The notes below the pieces were generated by a model. That model ran no database searches. It had not been told where the DNA came from and worked only from the letters and a program-made list of their open reading frames with translations. This document shows, piece by piece, positions 32,088 through 43,030 of a stretch of 64,000 nucleotides of DNA. Source of the DNA: Candidatus Krumholzibacteriota bacterium (GTDB lineage Bacteria; Krumholzibacteriota; Krumholzibacteriia; JAJRXK01); assembly GCA_963764625.1 (NCBI GenBank), contig CAVXTH010000009.1:896001-960000 (forward strand), read 5' to 3'. The stretch's first letter is position 1. Each line of letters starts with the position of its first letter. A program made the position numbers and the translations under genes.

Positions 32088-35000
32088 ATGCCGAGGCTAC
32101 TGACCTTCCTTCATGATCGTCTCGGGGTTTCGAGACGGGTCTGCCTGCTCGTCAGCGCGGCAGTCGTGTGCCTGCTTGCGCCGCGAGCCGCTCTGGCCGT
32201 GACCGGCGTCAACGTGATCTCCACCGATTCGACGGTGGCGGCCACTACTACGTACCAGATCGATTTTTCCACACGAGACCGACCGCGAGAGCGGCTCCTC
32301 GGTTCGGATCGAGCTTTCCGTCCGGCTTCGATCTGAGCGCAGTGGCGCTTGGCGCGATCACCGGCTTTGCCGGAGGAACCCTCGACCTAAGCACGGAACA
32401 ACAGACGGTGATCCTCACCTTGGCGGATTCGTCCGCCACGGCGGGGCCCAAGACGGTGACTCTCCTTGCCGTCGGGCAGCCCACCACGGCCGGTTCCTAC
32501 AGCGTGAGCGTGGAGCTTCGCGACAGCGGCGACGGCGTGGTCGAGGTCGCGACCGCGTCTTCACCTTTCCTTTTGACCGCGCGAGCTCCGGTCGCGCTGC
32601 AACTGCAAGCGAGTTCCTCTTGGGTCATTGCGGGGGACGACTTGCCGCTCCGCGTGACGAGCGTCGACTCCTTCGGCAATTCCTCACCGGTCGCTTCGGG
32701 TCAGATCCTCGATCTTCTGAGCGACAACTCCTCCGGAAGCTATCGCCTGTTCGTGGGCGGGCCCGCCGTGACGTCGGCCAGTCTGGCCGCCGACTCCTCC
32801 GGGGTGGATCTGTTTTACCGTGCCACGCAGGTCGCGTCGGGTTCAATCGGACTCACCGTCGTCGACGGTGCGCCCTCGGCTCCCGATTTGGGGTTCGCTC
32901 AGGCTTCGGTCACTCTGCTTCCGTCTCAGGTGGATTCCCAGCGGAGCTCGGTGACCGCGACTTCCCCGGTGGTGGCGGACGGCAGCGACGTTTCCGCGGT
33001 GACCCTCGTCCTCCGGGATGAATTCGGGAACATTCTGGCCGGCGTCGACAGCTCGCGGATTTCCGCTTCCCTCGATGCTCCTTCCTTCGCGGTGGTCAAA
33101 TTGAGCGCCGCCACCGCAGCCGATGGGAGCTTTCCTCTGCGTCTTTCCAGTTTGTTCGCCGGAAGCTGGACCCTGCAGGTGACGGTGGACGCCTCGACTC
33201 TCGCTGACCAGCCTCTACTCGAATACACGGTGCGTCCGATCGACGGCACGCAGTCCACCATGAGCGCCGGACCGGCGGGGATCGCCGACGGGAGCGACAG
33301 CATCGAGGTGGATCTGCAGCTTCGCGACACCAACGGCCTCGCAGTCTCGGCGGTGGACTCCGCGTCGATCGTGTTCACCGTCCTGGGAGACGGTCTGGCC
33401 CTCGAGAAACTGGCCCCGAGTTCCGCACTCGACGGCTCGTTCACCGCTCTTCTGCGCACCACCCTGGCGTCGACACGCCGGCTGGCGGTCACGGTCGGGG
33501 GCGTCGCGCTGAGCGATACCCTCCAGCTCGATTTCCTCGCCGGACCCGTCGATCCCGATCGCTCGTCGGTCGCTCTCAGCGGTCCGGCCCTGGCCGACGG
33601 CGTGGACTTCGTGACCCTCGACACCACCCTGCGTGACGCCTACGACAATCCGATCGCGGACTTGGACAGCGCCCAGATCGCGATCAGCGCCAGCGCGGTG
33701 TCGGTGGAGAAGACGGCCTCGTCCACCGCCCTCGACGGCAGCTTCTCGGCTCGCTTGCGCTCGACCGGTGCGGGCGCGCGACCGGTCAACGTGACCGCGG
33801 CGGGGATTCCACTCAGCGCGCAGCCGTCTGCGGTGTTCAACGCAGCTGGCCCCGACTCCACGCACAGCAGCCTGGTGGCAAATTCCTTCGCGGTGGCGGA
33901 TGGAGTCGACACCATCGATTTGGTCCTCACGCTGAGGGACGCCTTCGACAACCCCGTCGCCGGGGTCGATTCGGCACGCATCGACTTCGCGATTCCCTCT
34001 CCGTGGCAGCTTACGAAACTGGACGCCAGCACCGATGCAGCCGGAGAGTTTCACGCCAGCCTGCGTTCCCTTTTGGCCGGTACCGGCCAGGTGCAAGCAC
34101 GGCTCGACGGGGCTGCACTGGGATCCTCCCTGATGCTCCAATTCGTGTCCGGTCCTCTGGATCATTTCGCGGTAAATCTTCCCGGCGGGAGTAGCGCGAT
34201 CGCGGGAGTGCCTCTCGCGCTGGAGATCCTGGCGCTCGATTCCACCGGAAATCGCCTCACCGGCTACGGCGGAACCATGCACGTGCAGAGCACGAGTTCC
34301 GGCAGTGGAAGTAATCTGAACTGGGCAAGCAGCGGCGCCGGCACCCTCACTTCCTTGCCCGCCGGCGAGGCCGATTACTCCTTCGCCCCGGTGGATTCAG
34401 GACGCGTCGTTCTGCAGTTCCAAGACACTCTGGCCGAGAGTTTGAGCGTGATCGTGAGTGATGCTTCTGCCAGCGGAAGCGCCGGACTCGTGATTCTCCC
34501 CGCCGCCGCCAGTGCTCTCGAACTGGTCGACGGGGACGGACAGAGCGCGACCGTGGGCACGAACGTGGCTCAACCGTTGCGGACGCGCGCAGTCGACGCC
34601 TTCGGAAATCCGGTGAGCGGAGCCATGGTCGAATTCGCTGCCGCCGACGGCGGGCGCGTGGATGTCGATCCAGTTCTGCCGGGGGATCAGACCACCTCCC
34701 TCAGCGATTCGCTCGGGATCGCAGCTTGCCCTGTCTGGCAGTTGGGACCGGTGGCGGGACCGCAGAGCCTGTCGACCATGACTTCATTCGCGCCCCCTTT
34801 GACCTTCGACGCGACCGCGATCGCGGGGGCGGTGAGTACTCTCGTCCTTGCGCCCACGGGTCCCAGAAGCCTGCAGGTGAACGCGCTGGAAACCGTGGCC
34901 GCCTTGGCCTCCGATTCCTTCGGGAATCCGGTTTCCGGAGTCGAGGTCTCGATCTTCGTGAGCGATGCGCTCGACGGTACTCTCGCCTCGGTGGGCGAAA

Positions 35001-38000
35001 CGGACTCCCTGGGCATCGCCTCCCAACGCGGGTTGACGGGCGCCGACGGCCTCGTCCACGTGCTCTATCGTGCTCCCTCGGTCGCCGGACTCCAGGACGT
35101 CCTCGACGCGGCCGCAAGTGGCATTCCCTCGGGTACGGTCGCCGACCTCATCTACACCTCGGTGGTCGGCAACCCGGTGGCCCTTGCCCTGTCGCTCCCC
35201 TCCGGCGGAGTGACCGCCGGGGTAGAGGGAAGCTTCAGCCTGGCGCTGGTGGACACCTTCGCAAACCTCACCCCGGCTGCTTCGGCCACAGTGACGGTTC
35301 ACGCGGATCCCGCGACGGGGCTGGGCTTTTCCTCCGTCAGCGGAGGGCCGTACCTCGACACCCTGAACCTCCCGGTCACCGGCCAGGCTACCGTGTATTT
35401 CCAGGGGGGGCCGGCCGGAATCCATGCGTTCGCGGTTAGCGACTCCGCCTCGGTCTTACTGGGGGACGCGGGGAACCTGGAAATTCTGGCCAGCGCCACC
35501 GTGGCCACCTACCAGCTCAGCTACCCCTCCACCGCGACGGCGGGGACTGTGTTCAGTCTCAATGCTGAGGCCTTTGACGCCTTCGGAAATCCGGCCGTCG
35601 CCGCTGCCGACAGCTTCACGCTCGATCTCGTCGACGGTGCCGACAGCACGCTCGTCGTGCCGCTTCCGCTCGGAGTCAGCGCTGGGCAACTGGTGCAGGG
35701 GAGCTACTCGACCTCGTTTGAGCGAATCAATCAGGCCGGCGCTTTCCGTATTCGTCTGAATGCGAAGGGAAGCGGATTCACTGGACCACTCTTGAGCGTG
35801 AGTCCGGCCGGCGCGTACGAATTGGTCACGGTGGGGCCGGACAGTCTCTCCCAGATCACGGCGGGGTCCTCGGTAGATCTGACCGTCGAAGTTCTGGATG
35901 CCTGGGGAAATGCGGTCAGCGGTGAGACTCTGAACGTCGTGCAGCTCGTGGGTGGGGTTCTGGAGTCGAGTCCCCCGCTTAGCTCCGGTGCCGGTCTCGC
36001 CACCTTCACCCTGCGCACGAACGCGATCGTGGGCACCGCGCGGCTGCGGATCTCGATCCTGGATGGCACCCCGACAGGAAGGGAGACCGCGCTCTTTTTG
36101 GTGGAGACGGTTGCGGGTCCCATCGCCTCGCTCAGTGTGAATCCCTCGCTGACGAACGTGACGGCGGGGCAGAGTTTTTCGTTCTCGGTCACTGCTCTCG
36201 ATGGCGCGGGCAATCAGGTGCTCGCGGCCGCGGATTCGCTTCAATTGAGTGACACGGGTACCGGGGTGAGTTTGAGTCCCGTGAGCGGTCCTCTGAGCGC
36301 GGGTCTCTTCACTTCCAGCGCGCGTGACACTCTGAGCGAAGTCTTTTCCATCGGAGCCGCTCTGAAATCGCAGCCGGCGATCAACACCCAGAGCCCACCC
36401 ATCACGGTGGGTCCGGGAGCGGCCATGCGCCTGGTGGCCGTGGGAGACACGCTCCAGACCGCCGCCGCCTCAAGCGATGTGATTCTTCACGCCCGCGTGG
36501 TCGACGCGTACGGCAACCCCGTTCCTTCGGTGCCGGTACACTTGAGTCTCTCGAGCAGCCCTCAAGGAGCGTCGATCGAAGATCCGGATCCTCCCGCTGA
36601 CGACGGCCTTGCTTCGACCGATAGCAACGGGGAACTCGCGTTCGTTCTCCACCTCTCCGCGCTGAGCGGGGATCATCGAGTGAAGGCGTCGATCCTCGAT
36701 GGACTTCCCGCCGATCTGGAGACGGTTCGTTGGACGGTACAGGGTACGCCAGGTTCGGCCAACCACCTCGAGTTCACCATCGCCGACAGCGTGCTCACCG
36801 CGGGCATCGCGACCCAGCTCGAGATTCGCGCCAAGGACTCGGCCGGAAACGATGTCGATGTCAGCGGCGAGCTCGCATTCGTCTCGGTTCCCGCCGGAGT
36901 CAGCGTTCAACCCTCCCCGGCGTCCTTGGCGAACGGAAGCGCCACCGTCGCTCTGAGCGCGTTTGTGGCGGGACCGCTCGCGATCGACGTCTCGCTGACG
37001 GCTTCTCCCTCCGTTGCCGGCAGTCTGAGCGGACTCGCCGTGGTTGCGGCCGCACCCTCGGGAACCATCGCGGTACCGGTGATCGATCCGCCGGCGAACA
37101 CGGCGAACGGACTATCGGTGACACGCCTGAACGCGGGCCCGATTCGGGACGCCTTCTCAAATCTGGTCGCCCTCGGTACCGCGGTCGACGTGGCCGCGAG
37201 CGGTGGCACGATCATCTCCGACGATCTCGATCCCGCGCTCAACGGGATCCAGAGACTCACGGATGCTTCCGGCATGGTGGACCTCCGACTCGTATCTCCT
37301 CTCAGCGCGGGCACGGTCAACGTGTCCTTCGTCTCGGGGAGCGCCACCGGAAGCGCGGACGCGACTTTCGAGGCTCGGGCCTCTCTCTCCGCCGATGGCG
37401 CACTCGCGCCCGGGGCGGCCGTGCCCGGCCAGGCCATCAACTTCTCGATCTCCTTCGCGAACGCGGGCGGAGTCGACGCGATTCTGGATGCCGCTCTTTC
37501 TGAACTGCGAATCGAGGACGGGCAGGGGGGGGTCCTCACCGCTCCGCTTCTCAGTGACACCGTGGTCGGGGCTTCTTCCACCCAGACGCTCGTCTTTGCC
37601 ACCGCGACCCTTCCCGCAAGCTTCGCGCTGGGGGGGTTCCGGCCCACTCTCACCCTCATGGGGCAGGACTCCCACTCTCAGGCCGTCTCCGCGTTCGTCG
37701 TGCTCCCGCAGGGCTCCTTCCTGGTCAGTGCTCTGGCCCTGCGCGGGGTGGCTCACGAGACACAGGCGGCCGCGGGCGACACTCTCCACCTTCGGGTTTC
37801 GGTGGAGAACATCGGCGCCGGAGCGGTGGAAATCTCCCAGCTCGCGGTGCAATCGTCCCCAGCGGGAGACTTCAGTTTGGTCGGACAGGATCCACTTCCG
37901 GTGCTCGCGGCCGGAAGTCAGACCGACCTGCTCTCCCGCTGGTTGGTGGGAAGTGCGACTGCGCCGGGAAGCTATCGCTTCGTGGCTCGCGTCACCGGGA

Positions 38001-41000
38001 GAGTCGCGGGCGTGGACTTCGCGGCTCCGGTCGATTCATCCGCCGTAGCTCTGGTGGTGAGCTCCGCATCTAGCCTGGAACTGGTCGCAGGAAGCGTGAG
38101 TCCCGCTCTCATTCATCACGGAGCCACGCTTTTGTTGAAGGTGAGAGTGAAGAACAACGGCGGCGCCACGGTGGCCCTGAATCCGCAGACTTCCTCGGCC
38201 AGCTTCGGAGGCGGGCTCTGGAGCGGCGCCTTGACCGCGCCCACGGCCCTGGCTCCCGGTCAAGAGGCGGAATTGAGCTTCGGACCCACCACCGTCGATG
38301 CGGCTCTGGGCAGCCAGAGCCACGATCTTCGGCTCCACCTCGAGGGCACCGAGAACAGCTTCGCCTTCCAGGCGGATCTGCTCGCCGCCACCGCGATCGC
38401 CACCCAGACCCCGGCTGATCTGGCTCTGCAGACTCCGGCTCTCGATCCGGCGGCGGCTCTGCGCGGCTCCGTGGTCGGCTTTACCCTCGCGCTGCAGAAT
38501 CTGGGGGAAGCAGAGGTGGAGCTCGATCCCCTGGCCACGCGGCTTGCGCTCGGTGAGCCGGGGGGACAGAGGATCAGCGCGTTGCTTTCCGCCAGCTCGG
38601 ATCAGGCCGTCTCCACCGGTGCACATCAGCTGGTCTTCTCCTCGCTGAATCTCCCGGCGGATCTCACCTTGGGCACCCCAGAAGGCACCCTCGAGCTCAG
38701 GGGCACCCAAAACGGTCTGCCTTACTCCCTCAATCTCGCCCTGCCGATCGGGACCCTGTTCCTGCAGGATCCATCGGGACTGAGAATCTTCTCCACCGTG
38801 GCGTTGAATCCCAGAGTTCCGCGGCCTGAAGTCGACACTGGGCAGCTCATCCCGGTGCGCGTGGTGGTGGGCAACAACGCCGGGGAGGCGATCGATTCGC
38901 TCACGGTACGGCTCACCGGGAGCGCGGCGCCGGCCTCCGCCGCGGCGGACATCTTGATTCCGCGGCTTCAGTCCAGCGAGGTCGACACTCTCATCTTCCC
39001 CACGACCCTCACCTCGAGCCCGGGACCGGAATCACTCAGGGCGTCGATCGTGCGCGCGCTGTCCTCGACCACCGGCCAACTGGTCGTCCCGCAGAGCCCG
39101 CTGGATGATTTGGCGAACCTCGTGGTCCAATCACCGGTCTCCCTCGCCTTCGAGGCGGCACTGGAGGAGAGCACCGATCCTCTTTCGATGCGGGTCACGC
39201 CCGGCCAGATCTTCTCCGTCCGGATCGCGATCGTCCCGGATACCTCGGTGGAAAGTTCGGGTACCTGGCTGCCGGTCGATGTCGACCTCAGCGGTCTGCA
39301 GGGGTTCAGCTTGAATCCTCCCAGCAGTCTGCCGGTTCAGCTCGATCCCAACAATCCCGAGGCTTCGATCGAACTCGTGGCGCCCTCGACCGCGCAGACC
39401 GTCGATCTCCTGGCTGCTCTGTCCCGCGTCGACCTGGATGCCAACGATCCCGATGCCCGCCCTCTGACCACCGCCTCCAGTCGCTCGCTGCAAGTCGAGG
39501 TCTTCGGCGGTGGCTCTTTCGATCTCTGCGGCCTGAGCATCGTGACGCCACAAGGAGCTCTCGACGGGGTCGTGAGCACGGGGCAGCGAATCACTCTGGA
39601 AGGCGAAGTCGATGGACCTTCCAACCTGGAGCAACGCGCCCTCGAGTTGCTTCTTCCGCCCCAGCTGGCCCTGGTGGGGGGAACCGCGTTGCAGCCGCTG
39701 GCCGACGGGCAGACCAAAGTGAGTTGGGAGTTGCTCTGTCCCGAGACTCCGATCTCCGGACTGGTTCTGCGCACCGTAGCGCACGCCACCGACGTCCAGA
39801 GCGGCAGCGTGCTGGCCGATACTTGCGCCACTGCGAGTCTGGATATCGTGCAAGCGGCGCGAGCGGCCCCGCGCTTGAGCGTGCTCGAGCCGAACAGCGC
39901 GCGCGACCGGGGTGAGCTTCCGCCGGGCGCGGTCGTCGAACTCCGCGGGGAGTTCGCTCTTTCGGGAAGTGCGGGCGTCACCGGTCCGGCGCGCCTGCAT
40001 CTGGAAGTGCCGGCGGGCTTCACCATCCTCGACGGCCAAGCGGCCAGCATCGATCTCGGCGATCCGAGCGATCAGATCCTCTGGCGGGTCCAGGGTCCCA
40101 CAGAGCCTGGATTTGGGAGTGCAGCAGCTTCGATTGACGGCGGAGCAGATGCCGCGGGACGAGAACAGCGGCCTTGTGGCCGGGAATCCCGCGGATTCGA
40201 GCTCGGTATCACTCTCGATCCTGGCCGATCCCCTGCGCGTGCAGGTCAGCGATCTTCCGGGCACCGGCCCGCTGGTCGGGAGTGATCGCATGTATGAACG
40301 CTTCGCCCTGAACCTGAGAAACAGTCATCCCGAAGCGGTTCACTTCACGTCTCTCACCTTGAGCATCGTGGACGATGCCGGCAACAGCTTCGCGGATCCT
40401 TCGGCATTTCTGCAGACGGTTCAGCTGCGCCGTACGGACGGCAGTGGAAGCTGGAGCGCCTCGGTTGGCTCGAATCCAGTGAGCATTTCAGTCGATCTCG
40501 TTCTCGACTCGGACACCTCGGCTGCGTTCAATCTGGGGGTTCAGGCCAAACCCGACGCCGCATACGTGTCCTTTGCTTTCGTGATCGACGGCAGCAGCGC
40601 TTCGATCGAGGACACGGGTGGATTCAATCTGAGCTACGCCCTGCTCGACGCAAAGGGCAATGGTCTGCCGAGCATCGTCGCCGGCGCGAGCGTCACCGCG
40701 GTCTTGTCCGACCGGCTCGACGCGCACAGCTATCCCAACCCCTTCGTTCCCAGCCGCGAGCCAGCGACGCTCTCGTATTCGCTTCCCCAGAGCGCTCCGG
40801 TGGAGATTGAGATCTTCGATCTCTTGGGAAAGAGAGTTCGTTCGTGGAGTTTCGCGGAGGGGCAAACCGAGAGCGAGGCCGGCGTCCACGACGGCGACGT
40901 GGTATGGGACGGCCGAAACGGCCTGGGTCAGGACGTGCGCAACGGAGTGTATGTGTGCCGGGTGCGCGCGGCGGGAGAGGAAGTCTTCTTCAGAATCGCG

Positions 41001-41012
41001 GTGACCCGATGA
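32088..41012 (+). CDS. Giant (~2,970 aa) secreted Ig-like/invasin (Big_1) repeat surface protein with C-terminal FlgD/T9SS-type domain; frameshifts ~32290 and ~40110
   Basis: Signal peptide ..PRAALA in ORF 32079; ADG.D...LRD..GNP repeats; CTD SYPNPF..IFDLLGKRV..WDGRNGLG..VRNGVY in ORF 39912..41012. Confidence 0.85.
32930..34150 (+). repeat. Four tandem ~100-aa invasin-D3/Big_1-like protein repeats
   Basis: VDSQRSSV..ADGSD..LRDEFGN; IDGTQSTM..ADGSD..LRDTNG; VDPDRSSV..ADGVD..LRDAYDN; PDSTHSSL..ADGVD..LRDAFDN, each with DSA/DSS-x-I and (D)GSF/GEF. Confidence 0.8.
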
Positions 41013-43030
41013 TGGTCCACCGCGCGCAAGTTGTGTCCACCGCGACGTCCTCTTTGCATCCCGTGAGAGCAAAGGAGACACGGCAGCGTCTCGCGCGGTG
41101 GTTCGTGTTCTTGCTGTGCGTCTTCTGCTCCGTTCCGTCCTCGTTCGCGGCCGATGATGGCGGCGGGACGGAGTCGATCTTCAAGCTGGGGCCCACCGCG
41201 CGAGGCGTGGGCTTGGGCTCGGCGATGGTGGGTTTGGCTTTCGATGCGAGCGCTCCCTACTGGAATCCCGCTCTCCTGCCGCACGCCCGCGGCTCGGAGC
41301 TCACTTTCAGTTACAACCGCCTGTACGGCCAGGCCGGGGGCGCTTCCTACGGGTACCTCGGACTCGCCTATCCGACTCTGAACGCGGGAGGATTCGGGAT
41401 CGGGATTCTCCGTCTCAAGCTGGGGGAGATAGAGACCTACGACACCAGCAGTCGTCCCACCGGAACCATCGACTACGGCGAGACACAGCTTCTTCTGAGC
41501 TACGGATATGGAGGCAGGCTCCCGTATGTGGGCGGCCGGCTCGATCTGGGATTGAGCGCGAAGATCCACAGCCTGGATCTCGCCGAAAAGAGCACCAGCG
41601 GCGGGATGGACCTGGGGCTGGCCTGGACCGTACCCCGTCTTTCCGGCACGCGACTCTGCTTTGTCTACCAAAATCTGATCGCACCGAGCTTCCGTCTGAT
41701 CGAACGCGAGGACAAGCTTCCCTCCACCAAGAGGTTCGCGCTGTCCAAGCGTCACGAATTCAACCCGAGCACGAGTGTGGAAGTGGCTGCGGTCTACGAC
41801 AGTCCCCAATACGCGGACCACCGGGTGGGTCTGGGAGCGGAAGCCGAGTACCTCGACCTGTACACCCTTCGGCTCAGTTACGACGACGGACATTTCAATG
41901 CCGGCCTCGGTGGGCGCTGGCGCGATTATGCCCTGGACTATGCTTTCCGTTCGGGAGGGGAGTTGGGCTCTTCACAGTTTTTGAGTCTGTCGTGGTACTT
42001 CGGAGAAGACATCGAGGATCGACGCTCGGGCCAAGCAGAGCTGCGCGCGCAGGAGCTCGCGCAGGCCAGGTTGGAAGCGGTGGAGATCTGGCGCAAGGAC
42101 CAGATCCACGGCGCGGTCGAGGACTTCCGCACCGCGCTGGATCAAGAATCACTCGAAGCGGCCGAGGCGGGTCTGGCCCGGGCGCGAAGTCTCGGAGCGG
42201 CCGAGGATTCGCTTGCCTCGGACCTGCGGCGATTGCAGGAGTTGAAGCAACGAAAACAGCGGATCCGTGACGATGAGCAGCGTCGTACTCTCCGGATCGA
42301 GGACACCGAGACCCAACTAGAAGCCGCCCTGCGCCAGGGGGACGCACAACGCGCGCGTACCGAGCTGAATCTACTCGCGAAGCTGGCCGCGGATCATCCA
42401 ATGCTGCCTCGCTTCGTCCAGCAGGTGGAGGATCTCGAGGCAGGCTCGATCGCCTCGGCCTCATCGGAGGCCACCGCGGCGGAGGAGGCGGGTGATTGGG
42501 AATCGGCCCTCAACGCCTGGAGCGTCGTCGCCTCCCTGGATCCCAGCAATCCCGCCCCGGCTGCGGCCCTGAAGCGCTGGAAGGCGGAACTCGACGCGGC
42601 TCGCAACCAGAGCAACCGCGCAGAGACGGATGCGGCGCGGGCCCGCCGCGAGTTGGCCCAGGAAAAACGCTTCAGCTCCGCGCTGCAGGAGTTCGCGCAG
42701 GGCAAATTGGATGAGGCCGAGACCCTGTGCCGCCAAGTCTTGACAGTCGAGCCGGGCCACTCGGGGGCGAAAGGACTTCTGAATCAGATCGCGCACCGCC
42801 GGTCGGGTCCGTCGAATCTGAGCCCACAGCAACAGCAGCAAGTGCGGGCCTACTATCTCTCGGGTCTTCGATCCTTCACCGACGGCGACTACGCGGCGGC
42901 GATCGTCCAGTGGCGCCGCATCCTCACGATCGATCCCGGGAACCAGGGCGCACAGAACAACATCGCGGAGGCGCAAGCGCGCATCGAGCGTCTCGAGGCA
43001 AACCCGGGCGCGAAGGATGAACAGAAGTGA
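41009..43030 (+). CDS. PorV/PorQ-family outer-membrane beta-barrel fused to long coiled-coil/TPR tail
   Basis: LGPTARGVGLGSAMVG..DASAPYWNPA PorV-type N-terminus; barrel ends LSLSWYFG; TPR YYLSGLRSFTDGDYAAAIVQWRRILTIDPGN. Confidence 0.8.
   Translation: MMVHRAQVVSTATSSLHPVRAKETRQRLARWFVFLLCVFCSVPSSFAADDGGGTESIFKLGPTARGVGLGSAMVGLAFDASAPYWNPALLPHARGSELTFSYNRLYGQAGGASYGYLGLAYPTLNAGGFGIGILRLKLGEIETYDTSSRPTGTIDYGETQLLLSYGYGGRLPYVGGRLDLGLSAKIHSLDLAEKSTSGGMDLGLAWTVPRLSGTRLCFVYQNLIAPSFRLIEREDKLPSTKRFALSKRHEFNPSTSVEVAAVYDSPQYADHRVGLGAEAEYLDLYTLRLSYDDGHFNAGLGGRWRDYALDYAFRSGGELGSSQFLSLSWYFGEDIEDRRSGQAELRAQELAQARLEAVEIWRKDQIHGAVEDFRTALDQESLEAAEAGLARARSLGAAEDSLASDLRRLQELKQRKQRIRDDEQRRTLRIEDTETQLEAALRQGDAQRARTELNLLAKLAADHPMLPRFVQQVEDLEAGSIASASSEATAAEEAGDWESALNAWSVVASLDPSNPAPAAALKRWKAELDAARNQSNRAETDAARARRELAQEKRFSSALQEFAQGKLDEAETLCRQVLTVEPGHSGAKGLLNQIAHRRSGPSNLSPQQQQQVRAYYLSGLRSFTDGDYAAAIVQWRRILTIDPGNQGAQNNIAEAQARIERLEANPGAKDEQK

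Noticed and set aside
32930-34150. CRISPR array or DNA tandem repeat
   Set aside because: Repeats are ~300-nt diverged coding modules, not identical short repeats with spacers; no cas genes in the window
32088-41012. Polymorphic toxin, RTX or contact-dependent inhibition protein
   Set aside because: No RHS/YD, GGxGxD or hemagglutinin repeats; the C-terminus is a sorting domain and the next gene is a barrel, not an immunity gene
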